DNA of 64,000 nucleotides from NCBI RefSeq assembly GCF_003334785.1, contig NZ_QOWV01000003.1; one strand, written 5' to 3'. The position numbers were made by a program, and so were the translations under genes. Each line of letters starts with the position of its first letter. Positions within the stretch are counted from its first letter, which is position 1. Source of the stretch: Escherichia coli (GTDB lineage: Bacteria; Pseudomonadota; Gammaproteobacteria; Enterobacterales; Enterobacteriaceae). The notes beneath the pieces are model-generated. The model searched no databases. It was not told the DNA's origin and saw only the letters and a program-made list of their open reading frames with translations. Shown here piece after piece: positions 14,636 to 23,817 of this stretch.

Positions 14636-16294
14636 GTGTTGACCCCGTTGACGGCCTTCGCGGGAGTGCGGTTGCGCTGGCCTGCCATGATGCGACTCAC
14701 TTGCATCGGCATTCTGGCGCAGTTCGCGCTCCTGCTGCTCGCCTTTGGCGTACTGACGTATTGTTTTCTCATCAGCGATTTCTCGGTCATTTATGTCGCG
14801 CAACATAGCTATAGCCTGCTGTCGTGGGAACTCAAGCTGGCAGCGGTGTGGGGCGGCCATGAAGGTTCGCTGCTGCTTTGGGTGCTGCTGCTTTCCGCCT
14901 GGAGCGCGCTGTTTGCCTGGCATTATCGGCAGCAAACCGATCCGCTATTTCCGCTGACGTTAGCCGTTTTATCTCTCATGCTCGCCGCACTGCTACTGTT
15001 TGTGGTGCTGTGGTCCGATCCCTTCGTGCGGATATTTCCACCAGCAATCGAAGGCCGCGATCTCAATCCGATGCTGCAACATCCCGGTCTTATCTTTCAT
15101 CCACCGCTGCTTTACCTTGGCTATGGCGGTTTGATGGTAGCGGCGAGCGTGGCGCTGGCGAGTCTACTGCGCGGCGAGTTTGATGGTGCCTGCGCCCGAA
15201 TTTGCTGGCGCTGGGCGTTACCTGGCTGGAGTGCATTAATGGCGGGGATCATCCTCGGTTCCTGGTGGGCCTACTGCGAACTCGGCTGGGGCGGCTGGTG
15301 GTTCTGGGATCCGGTGGAAAACGCCTCTTTATTACCCTGGCTTTCTGCCACTGCGCTGCTGCACAGTTTGTCCCTGACACGCCAGCGGGGGATTTTTTGC
15401 CACTGGTCGCTGTTGCTGGCGATAGTTACTCTGATGCTGTCGCTGCTGGGCACCTTAATTGTCCGTTCTGGCATTCTGGTTTCGGTTCATGCGTTCGCGC
15501 TGGATAACGTCCGCGCCGTGCCGTTGTTCAGCCTGTTTGCACTGATTAGCCTTGCGTCTCTGGCTCTGTATGGCTGGCGAGCGCGGGACGGTGGCCCGGC
15601 GGTGCATTTTTCGGGGTTATCGCGGGAAATGTTAATCCTCGCTACGCTGTTGCTGTTTTGCGCAGTGCTACTGATCGTGCTGGTGGGAACGCTTTATCCG
15701 ATGATTTACGGCCTGCTGGGCTGGGGACGCCTCTCCGTTGGCGCGCCGTATTTTAACCGCGCGACGTTACCGTTTGGTCTGTTGATGCTGGTGGTGATTG
15801 TGCTGGCGACGTTTGTCTCTGGCAAACGCGTGCAGCTTCCGGCGCTGGTAGCTCATGCGGGCGTGCTGTTATTTGCCGCTGGGGTCGTGGTCTCCAGCGT
15901 CAGCCGTCAGGAGATCAGCCTGAATTTACAGCCGGGTCAGCAGGTGACGCTGGCAGGATACACCTTCCGTTTTGAGTGCCTCGATCTACAAGCCAAAGGC
16001 AATTACACCAGCGAAAAAGCGATAGTGGCACTGTTTGACCATCAGCAACGCATTGGTGAACTGACGCCGGAGCGGCGTTTTTATGAAGCACGCCGTCAAC
16101 AAATGATGGAACCGTCAATTCGCTGGAACGGCATCCATGACTGGTATGCGGTCATGGGGGAGAAAACTGGGCCGGATCGTTACGCTTTTCGTTTGTATGT
16201 ACAAAGCGGTGTGCGCTGGATCTGGGGGGGAGGATTGTTGATGATTGCGGGCGCATTGTTAAGCGGATGGCAGGGGAAGAAGCGCGATGAATAA
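14636..16294 (+). CDS. nrfE: NrfE, CcmF-like haem lyase (552 aa from GTG 14636; true start probably further upstream, see findings)
   Basis: WGGWWFWDPVENASLLPW tryptophan-rich haem-handling motif; CcmF-like throughout; in-frame open back to 14546. Confidence 0.9.
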   Translation: MLTPLTAFAGVRLRWPAMMRLTCIGILAQFALLLLAFGVLTYCFLISDFSVIYVAQHSYSLLSWELKLAAVWGGHEGSLLLWVLLLSAWSALFAWHYRQQTDPLFPLTLAVLSLMLAALLLFVVLWSDPFVRIFPPAIEGRDLNPMLQHPGLIFHPPLLYLGYGGLMVAASVALASLLRGEFDGACARICWRWALPGWSALMAGIILGSWWAYCELGWGGWWFWDPVENASLLPWLSATALLHSLSLTRQRGIFCHWSLLLAIVTLMLSLLGTLIVRSGILVSVHAFALDNVRAVPLFSLFALISLASLALYGWRARDGGPAVHFSGLSREMLILATLLLFCAVLLIVLVGTLYPMIYGLLGWGRLSVGAPYFNRATLPFGLLMLVVIVLATFVSGKRVQLPALVAHAGVLLFAAGVVVSSVSRQEISLNLQPGQQVTLAGYTFRFECLDLQAKGNYTSEKAIVALFDHQQRIGELTPERRFYEARRQQMMEPSIRWNGIHDWYAVMGEKTGPDRYAFRLYVQSGVRWIWGGGLLMIAGALLSGWQGKKRDE

Positions 16295-16670
16295 AGGGCT
16301 TCTCACGCTACTGCTGTTATTTACCTGTTTTGCGCACGCTCAGGTCGTAGACACCTGGCAATTCGCCAATCCGCAACAACAGCAACAGGCGTTAAATATT
16401 GCCAGCCAGTTACGTTGTCCGCAGTGCCAGAATCAAAACTTACTGGAATCCAACGCGCCGGTGGCTGTCAGTATGCGCCATCAGGTTTACAGCATGGTGG
16501 CGGAGGGGAAGAACGAAGTCGAAATCATTGGCTGGATGACCGAACGCTACGGAGATTTTGTTCGCTATAACCCACCGTTAACGGGTCAGACGCTGGTGTT
16601 ATGGGCGCTGCCAGTGGTGTTGTTACTGCTGATGGCACTGATCCTCTGGCGAGTGAGGGCGAAGCGATGA
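16287..16670 (+). CDS. nrfF: NrfF, CcmH-like haem-lyase thiol-redox subunit, 127 aa
   Basis: Signal peptide plus LRCPQCQNQ motif; overlaps the nrfE end by 8 nt. Confidence 0.93.
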
Positions 16671-17263
16671 AACAGCCCAAAATACCGGTGAAAATGCTGA
16701 CAACACTCACGATATTGATGGTATTTCTCTGTGTCGGCAGTTATCTGTTAAGCCCAAAATGGCAGGCGGTACGTGCGGAGTATCAGCGTCAGCGCGATCC
16801 GCTACATCAGTTTGCCAGCCAGCAAACCCCGGAAGCGCAGCTTCAGGCATTGCAGGATAAAATCCGCGCTAATCCACAAAACAGCGAACAGTGGGCGTTA
16901 CTGGGCGAGTACTATCTGTGGCAAAACGATTACAGCAATTCGTTGCTGGCGTACCGTCAGGCGTTGCAACTACGTGGTGAGAACGCTGAACTGTATGCGG
17001 CGCTGGCGACGGTGCTTTATTACCAGGCCAGCCAGCATATGACCGCCCAGACTCGCGCAATGATCGACAAAGCCCTCGCGCTGGACAGTAATGAAATCAC
17101 CGCCCTGATGCTGCTGGCTTCCGATGCGTTTATGCAGGCGAACTACGCGCAAGCCATCGAACTATGGCAAAAAGTGATGGATCTCAACTCACCGCGAGTT
17201 AACCGAACACAGCTGGTTGAGTCGATTAATATGGCGAAATTGTTGCAGCGGAGATTGGATTAA
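16667..17263 (+). CDS. nrfG: NrfG, TPR-containing haem-lyase accessory protein, 198 aa
   Basis: [24 protein letters not shown]... membrane anchor plus TPR repeats; ATGA overlap with nrfF; track ORF trimmed by 22 codons. Confidence 0.92.
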
Positions 17264-17604
17264 TCATCTGGTGATGAAGATTATGTCATTGAGCTGCATA
17301 AAAAATAATCGAATGAACATATGCCAAAAATAATCACTAATCAGTATTATTGCAGATTAAACAAATAAAAATCTTTCCATAACAAATGGTTATTCATTAA
17401 TCCTGCCATAAACTCGCGTTATTATGCATTAATGCAGCGAAAAGCTCTGTTGTTAAAGGGTTGCGCAACATACCGCGCAAATGATACTGATCATAAGCGT
17501 TAAAAAAATCTACAAACCAACGCAACACAATTCATGCCCTGGCAGTATGTCACGTTCTCGCGTTTCTGAACGGGGAACGGCGCTCCATTGAGGAAGTCAT
17601 TCAT

Positions 17605-18918
17605 ATGAAAAATATAAAATTCAGCCTGGCCTGGCAGATTCTGTTTGCTATGGTGCTGGGCATTCTCCTGGGAAGCTACCTGCACTACCATAGCGACAGC
17701 CGCGACTGGCTGGTCGTCAATTTGCTCTCTCCGGCGGGTGATATCTTCATCCATCTGATTAAAATGATTGTTGTGCCGATTGTGATCTCCACGCTGGTGG
17801 TGGGTATCGCGGGTGTTGGTGATGCCAAACAGCTCGGGCGTATTGGCGCGAAAACCATTATCTACTTCGAGGTGATCACCACCGTCGCCATCATTTTGGG
17901 GATCACTCTGGCGAACGTCTTCCAGCCCGGTGCCGGGGTGGATATGTCGCAGTTGGCGACCGTCGATATCTCGAAATATCAGAGCACTACGGAAGCGGTA
18001 CAAAGCAGTTCCCACGGCATTATGGGCACGATTTTGTCGCTGGTGCCGACGAACATTGTGGCGTCGATGGCGAAAGGCGAAATGCTGCCGATCATCTTTT
18101 TCTCGGTGCTGTTTGGTCTGGGGCTTTCTTCCCTGCCCGCGACGCATCGTGAACCGCTGGTGACCGTGTTCCGCTCCATCTCTGAAACCATGTTTAAAGT
18201 GACTCACATGGTGATGCGTTATGCACCGGTGGGTGTGTTTGCGCTGATTGCGGTGACGGTGGCTAACTTTGGTTTCTCGTCTCTGTGGCCACTGGCGAAA
18301 CTGGTGCTGCTGGTGCATTTCGCCATTCTGTTCTTCGCGCTGGTAGTGCTGGGAATTGTGGCGCGCCTGTGCGGGTTAAGCGTCTGGATCCTGATTCGTA
18401 TTCTGAAAGATGAGCTGATTCTGGCGTACTCCACTGCCAGCTCTGAAAGCGTGCTGCCGCGAATTATTGAGAAGATGGAAGCCTACGGAGCACCGGCGTC
18501 GATCACCAGTTTCGTGGTGCCGACCGGTTACTCTTTTAACCTTGATGGTTCGACGCTGTATCAAAGTATTGCCGCTATCTTCATCGCGCAGTTGTATGGC
18601 ATTGACCTGTCCATCTGGCAGGAAATCATTCTGGTGCTGACGCTGATGGTGACCTCGAAAGGGATTGCTGGCGTGCCTGGCGTGTCGTTTGTGGTGTTGC
18701 TGGCAACGCTGGGTAGCGTAGGTATTCCGCTGGAAGGTCTGGCGTTTATTGCTGGTGTTGACCGTATCCTCGACATGGCGCGTACTGCGCTGAACGTGGT
18801 GGGTAATGCGCTGGCGGTGCTGGTGATTGCCAAGTGGGAACACAAATTTGACCGTAAGAAAGCGCTGGCTTATGAGCGTGAAGTGCTGGGCAAATTTGAT
18901 AAAACTGCGGATCAATAA
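17605..18918 (+). CDS. gltP: GltP glutamate/aspartate:proton symporter (DAACS family), 437 aa
   Basis: Sequence recognised; GAGGAAG SD 7 nt upstream. Confidence 0.96.
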   Translation: MKNIKFSLAWQILFAMVLGILLGSYLHYHSDSRDWLVVNLLSPAGDIFIHLIKMIVVPIVISTLVVGIAGVGDAKQLGRIGAKTIIYFEVITTVAIILGITLANVFQPGAGVDMSQLATVDISKYQSTTEAVQSSSHGIMGTILSLVPTNIVASMAKGEMLPIIFFSVLFGLGLSSLPATHREPLVTVFRSISETMFKVTHMVMRYAPVGVFALIAVTVANFGFSSLWPLAKLVLLVHFAILFFALVVLGIVARLCGLSVWILIRILKDELILAYSTASSESVLPRIIEKMEAYGAPASITSFVVPTGYSFNLDGSTLYQSIAAIFIAQLYGIDLSIWQEIILVLTLMVTSKGIAGVPGVSFVVLLATLGSVGIPLEGLAFIAGVDRILDMARTALNVVGNALAVLVIAKWEHKFDRKKALAYEREVLGKFDKTADQ

Positions 18919-18958
18919 TTGAAGATTGCCGGGGATATCCACCCGGCAATGTGTGAAT

Positions 18959-19221
18959 GCCTGATGCGACGCTTGCCGCGTCTTATCAGGCCTACGCCAG
19001 ACAGCGCAATAGCCTGATTTAGCGTGATTTTGTAGGTCGGATAAGGCGTTTATGCCGCATCCGACATCAACGCCTGATGCGACGCTTAACGCGTCTTATC
19101 AGGCCTACGCCAGACAGCGCAATAGCCTGATTTAGCGTGATTTTGTAGGTCGGATAAGGCGTTTACGCCGCATCCGACATCAATGCCTGATGCGACGCTT
19201 GCCGCGTCTTATCAGGCCTAT
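18959..19221. repeat. Tandem BIME array, 113-bp unit x ~2.3
   Basis: Units start at 18959, 19072 and 19185; by my count units 1 and 2 differ at 4 of 113 positions; each holds two inverted REPs (GCCTGATGCGACGC...TTATCAGGCCTAC and TGTAGGTCGGATAAGGCG...CATCCGACA). Confidence 0.9.
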
Positions 19222-19222
19222 C

Positions 19223-19912
19223 TTAACCGTTGGTTAATTTTTCAAACTCTTCACACCCGGTATCAAACCCTTCCATACAGCTCAGGTTCAACCAGTGCAG
19301 CGCCTTTTGCTTGTTCTTCTCGATAAAACCTTCTTCACCGTTTAAGAACATCATTCCCGCCCAGTACTCGGAATAACCGGTTCGGGAAATTGCAGAGCTG
19401 CGTTTGAAATACCAGGTTGCCTTGTCATCGTCGGCCTTAATGCCCACGCCGTTGGCGTAAATCAAACCAAGCAGCATTTGGGCATCGACGGCAGAGTCGT
19501 TCTCCAGATCTTCCGAGGCGTTTTCTAACAGCGAAATTGCCTTTGGATAATCCGGTTTACCCGCTTGAGTATTTACCAGAATATGCGCCAGCGTTACTTC
19601 ACCTTCTTTACTGCCCGCTTGCGCCGCTTTCTCTGCAAGAACTTTTGCTTGTGGATAGTCCAGACTGACCGGATTGGTGATTTTGATCTGCGCCAGCAGC
19701 GCGCAGGCATCAGCATCACCGCTGTCGGCGGCTTTCTGTGCCCAATATTCGGCTTTGCTCAAATCGCCGGAGCTAAACCAGCTGTCGGCAAGAAAATATT
19801 GTGCGCGTCGGTCCCCGGCCTCTGCTGCCTTTAAATACTGGCTGCCAGGCTCGGAGTCGTTGGCGTGGGCAAAGAATGTCAAAAACAACATCAATGCGAT
19901 AATTTTTTTCAT
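19223..19912 (-). CDS. yjcO: YjcO, secreted Sel1-like (SLR/TPR-type) repeat protein, 229 aa
   Basis: Signal peptide MKKIIALMLFLTFFAHA; repeated A..G...A...LG..Y..G motifs. Confidence 0.9.
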   Translation of the reverse strand: MKKIIALMLFLTFFAHANDSEPGSQYLKAAEAGDRRAQYFLADSWFSSGDLSKAEYWAQKAADSGDADACALLAQIKITNPVSLDYPQAKVLAEKAAQAGSKEGEVTLAHILVNTQAGKPDYPKAISLLENASEDLENDSAVDAQMLLGLIYANGVGIKADDDKATWYFKRSSAISRTGYSEYWAGMMFLNGEEGFIEKNKQKALHWLNLSCMEGFDTGCEEFEKLTNG

Positions 19913-19963
19913 TTTGATAATACGATTGGGTAGGGAGTAACCAGTATAAAGAGTTCGAATGGA

Positions 19964-19991
19964 TAAAAAAACAGCCTCCGAAAGGAGGCTG
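19964..19991 (-). terminator. fdhF intrinsic terminator
   Basis: CAGCCTCC-GAAA-GGAGGCTG stem-loop (19972-19991), followed on the minus strand by T7 (A-run 19965-19971 on +). Confidence 0.85.
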
Positions 19992-20005
19992 TAGAAAGGA
20001 CGGTA

Positions 20006-22153
20006 TTACGCCAGTGCCGCTTCGCGCAGGCGAGTTTTCAACTTGTTGTACTCGTCAATCACGTACTGCTCGGCGGCGCGCTGATCGGCGATCGGCTCGA
20101 CGCGAACGGCGCAGTATTTGTACTCCGGCGTTTTCGTAATCGGGCTTAAGTTTTCAGTAACCAGCTCGTTACAGGCACCAATCCACCACTGGTAGGTCAT
20201 GTAAATCGCCCCTTTGTTCGGACGATCGCTGACCTGCGCACGGGTGATAATTTTGCCTTTACGCGAGTGCACCCAAACCAATGCCTCATCTTCAATACCC
20301 AGACGTTTGGCGTCTTCGGTATTGATTTGTGCGTAGCCAGGTTCATCAGCCAGCGCCGCCAGTGCCGCACAGTTACCGGTCATCGAACGGCAAGAGTAGT
20401 GACCAACTTCACGCACCGTTGACAGTACCATCGGGTACTCGTCGGTGAGTTTGTCGATTGGCGCTACCCAGTCGCAGGTGAAGAACTGCGCCAGACCGTT
20501 CGGGGTATCAAACTTCTCTTTAAACAGATAAGAAGTCCCCTGATCGGCATCTGAAGTATCGCGGCAAGGCCACTGAATGAAGCCCAGTTCGCCCATTTTC
20601 TCGTAAGTCGCACCGTAGAAATCCGGGCACAGATGACGCAACTCATCCCAGATCTCCTGGGTGTTGTTGTAGTGCATCGGATAACCCATACGGGTGGCGA
20701 TTTCACTGATGATTTGCCAGTCCGTTTTCAGATCCCATTTCGGTTCAACCGCCTTGAAGAAACGCTGGAAGCCACGGTCAGCCGCAGTAAACACGCCTTC
20801 ATGCTCGCCCCACGACGTTGACGGTAAAATAACATCCGCCGCCGACGCGGTTTTGGTCATAAAGATGTCCTGAACGATAACCAGTTCCAGATCTTCAAAG
20901 GCTTTACGTACTGCCGACAGCTCCGCGTCAGTTTGTAGCGGATCTTCGCCCATAATGTACGCGGCACGCACTTCGCCATGCGCTGCGCGGTGCGGCAGCT
21001 CGCTGATGCGATAGCCGGTATGCGCTGGCAGGCTTTCCACGCCCCAGGCTTTGGCGAATTTCTCGCGGTTAGCCGGATCTTTCACGTACTGGTATCCCGG
21101 ATACGTATCCGGCAGCGCGCCCATATCGCAGGCACCCTGAACGTTGTTCTGACCACGAACCGGGTTAACACCCGCATGCGGCTTACCGAGGTTACCGGTC
21201 AGCATCGCGAGGCTGGTCAGAGAACGCACGGTTTCCACGCCCTGGTAGAACTGGGTTACACCCATGCCCCACAGGATGGCGGCGCTTTTCGCCTGGGCAT
21301 ACATCCGTGCCGCCTGACGAATCTCACTGGCGCTGACGCCGGTGATATCTTCAACCGACTCCGGCGTGTAGCCTTCAACGATTTTACGATACTCTTCAAA
21401 GCCTTCTGTACGTGAAGCGACGAACGCTTTGTCGTACAGATTTTCTTCAATAATGACATGGCCCATCGCATTCAACAGCGCGATGTTCGAGCCGTTTTTC
21501 AGTGCAATGTGCATGTCAGCAATGCGCGCGGTTTCAATTTTGCGCGGATCGCAGACGATAATTTTCGCCCCGTTACGTTTAGCGTTAATTACGTGATTCG
21601 CCACGATTGGGTGGGAATCCGCCGGGTTGTACCCGAAAACGAACACTAAATCGGTATTATCAATTTCGTTAATAGCATTGCTCATTGCGCCATTACCGAC
21701 CGATTGGTGCAGACCTGCAACCGATGGGCCGTGTCAGACACGAGCGCAGCAGTCAACGTTATTGGTACCAATAACGGCGCGCGCAAATTTTTGCATTACA
21801 TAGTTGGTTTCGTTACCCGTACCACGCGAGGAGCCGGTCGTCTGGATGGCATCCGGACCGTACTTCTCTTTGATGGCGCTCAGGCGCTCGGCAACGTAAT
21901 TCAGTGCCTCATCCCAGGAAACAGGTTCGAGTTTGCCGCCACGCTGGCGACGGATCATGGGGGTTTTCAGGCGCGGGGTCAGGATCTGGGTATCGTTAAT
22001 GAAGTCCCAGCCATAATAACCCTTCAGACACAGGGTACCCTGGTTGGTTTTCCCCTGCGCTGCCTCCGCCCGGACGATTTTGCCGTTATCGACGACCAGG
22101 TTGATTTTGCAACCTGATGCGCAATAGGGGCAAACCGTGACGACTTTTTTCAT
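20006..22153 (-). CDS. fdhF: Formate dehydrogenase H, selenocysteine-containing molybdoenzyme, 715 aa with in-frame UGA (Sec140) at 21734-21736
   Basis: Track ORFs 21734-22153 and 20006-21685 are in one frame, interrupted only by TGA; CPYCASGC [4Fe-4S] motif at the N-terminus; SECIS immediately 3' of the UGA. Confidence 0.96.
21694..21733 (-). other. SECIS stem-loop directing Sec insertion at the fdhF UGA
   Basis: Minus strand reads UGA-CACGGCCCAUCGGUUGCAGGUCUGCACCAAUCGGUCGGUAAUGGC, which matches the fdhF SECIS as I recall it. Confidence 0.9.
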
Positions 22154-22204
22154 CGGTCTCGCTCCAGTTAATCAAATCACGCATACGCGCTCTCGACTAC
22201 AGTA

Positions 22205-22220
22205 TGCATCTTTTATGCCA
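22205..22220 (-). promoter_or_regulatory. sigma54 (-24/-12) promoter of fdhF
   Basis: Minus strand TGGCATAAAAGATGCA, with GG and GC at the canonical spacing of TGGCAC-N5-TTGCA; about 50 nt upstream of the ATG. Confidence 0.8.
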
Positions 22221-22264
22221 CATTTTATGTGGGGTCATTCCCTGATATTACGGGCACTATTTAT

Positions 22265-22315
22265 TCAAAACTCTGACGAAAAACAGGCTGTCGTCAGTTT
22301 TGACGTGACGAAACG
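22265..22315 (-). promoter_or_regulatory. Probable FhlA upstream activating sequence for fdhF (approximate)
   Basis: Repeated (T)CGTCA/TGACGA motifs (TTTCGTCACGTCAAAACTGACGACAG...TTTCGTCAG) about 75-120 bp upstream of the sigma54 element. Confidence 0.35.
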
Positions 22316-22320
22316 AAATA

Positions 22321-22342
22321 CCGCGTGACAGCCATCACGCGG
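22321..22342 (-). terminator. mdtP (mdtNOP operon) terminator
   Basis: CCGCGTGA-CAGCCA-TCACGCGG perfect 8-bp inverted repeat 9 nt after the mdtP stop; followed on the minus strand by TATTTCGTTTC. Confidence 0.6.
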
Positions 22343-22350
22343 CAGACATT

Positions 22351-23817
22351 TTATTTTTTCTCGACGACGGGACCTGCCTGATACCCGCCGCCCAGCGATT
22401 TCATCAACTGAATGCTTTGGATCACCCGGCGGCTGTCCAGCATCAGTAATGACATCTCTTCGGCAAGCACTGGCAACCGGGCTTCGGTGGCCTGTAAGCG
22501 GCTGGTTAAGCCGCGCTGATAGGCGGCCTCGGCAGCGCGCTGGGTAAAGCGCGTGGCTTCCACGCGTTCAGCCTGCATTTCTCGCTCGTCGTTGAGCGTT
22601 TGCAGACGCGTGCCGTTGACGGCAACGTCACGCACCGCGTTCAGTACTGACTGGTTGTAACGTTCAATCATCATGTTGCTGGCGGCGCGCGTGCCTTCGA
22701 GATTGGCATTCAACCGTCCACCGTCAAACAGCGGCAATTTCAGACCCGGGATGAAGTTGAACTGGCGACTGGTTTTTTTGAATAAGGTATGCAGATGGAT
22801 GGAGTCCAGACCGAAAAACGCTTTGATATCAAAGCTCGGATAGAACAACGCCCGCGCGGAATCCACCTGATCTAATGACGCCTGAACATACCAGCGCATG
22901 GCTTGCAGATCCGGGCGTCTGGCGAGCAACTCATAAGAGAGTGTCGCCGGAATGCCGGTCTGGACTTGCGGTAATGCCACCGGTCTGATCTCCGGCATAT
23001 CGCTGGCTCCCGCGCCAATCAATGCACGCAGAGATTCTCGCGTTTCGGTGATTTGCCCTTTGACGGCAACAATTTGTTTATCGACCGCCAGAATCTGTGC
23101 CCGCGCGCCGTGGAAAGGCACTTGCGCTTCCAGACCGTGCGCCACTTTACTCTGGTGCGCTTTCACCGCGTAATCAATCACATCGTGAGTTTGTTCTAAC
23201 AGATCGAGCATCTGATAGCTGGCCTGCATACTGTAATAAAGCTGCGCTACGCCCGTGGCCAGCGATAGCTCTACTGCTGCGGTTTCTGCCAGCGCGGCAT
23301 TATGCGCGCCAATGGCGGCGGCAACCGCTGAGCGATGCACACCCCACAAATCAAGATCCAGTCCGGCAAACAAACCTACTGTGGCTTCCGTATAGTACGG
23401 CCCGTCCATACCCAGTGCTGGCGCATCCATTGAATAAGGGCTTAAAAAGCCGTTCGCCGAGACACGTTGGCGGTTGAGCATCCCTAACGCTGCGACCTGT
23501 AATTGTGAACCGGCATCTAACAAATCGGCCTGGGACTGCGCTTTTTCTTCCCGCAGTTTCGCTTCGGCGAGGGTGTGTGAACCACTTAGCGTCCGTTGGA
23601 TCAGCGCATCCAGCTGCGGGTCATTGAGTTGTTTCCACCACTGCGCCTGCGGCCAGCCGGAGCTGGCAAGATGAATATCGTCGGCCAGTTTGATTTGTTC
23701 CGGTTTGAGCTGTTGATGAGGTGCAGAATCCTTACGTACCAGGGCACAGCCGGAAATCAGCGTCGTGCTGCCGAGAATGCTGCACAACAGCAGACGTGAA
23801 AGTTGACGATTGATCAT
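22351..23817 (-). CDS. mdtP: MdtP (SdsP/YjcP) outer-membrane factor lipoprotein, 488 aa
   Basis: Lipobox LISGC; OMF/TolC-family repeats; 4-nt overlap with mdtO. Confidence 0.93.
   Translation of the reverse strand: MINRQLSRLLLCSILGSTTLISGCALVRKDSAPHQQLKPEQIKLADDIHLASSGWPQAQWWKQLNDPQLDALIQRTLSGSHTLAEAKLREEKAQSQADLLDAGSQLQVAALGMLNRQRVSANGFLSPYSMDAPALGMDGPYYTEATVGLFAGLDLDLWGVHRSAVAAAIGAHNAALAETAAVELSLATGVAQLYYSMQASYQMLDLLEQTHDVIDYAVKAHQSKVAHGLEAQVPFHGARAQILAVDKQIVAVKGQITETRESLRALIGAGASDMPEIRPVALPQVQTGIPATLSYELLARRPDLQAMRWYVQASLDQVDSARALFYPSFDIKAFFGLDSIHLHTLFKKTSRQFNFIPGLKLPLFDGGRLNANLEGTRAASNMMIERYNQSVLNAVRDVAVNGTRLQTLNDEREMQAERVEATRFTQRAAEAAYQRGLTSRLQATEARLPVLAEEMSLLMLDSRRVIQSIQLMKSLGGGYQAGPVVEKK

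Noticed and set aside
20006-22153. fdhF split into 139-aa and 559-aa ORFs, considered as a possible pseudogene or nonsense mutation.
   Set aside because: The two parts share one frame with a single TGA, followed by an intact SECIS hairpin, so this is selenocysteine recoding.
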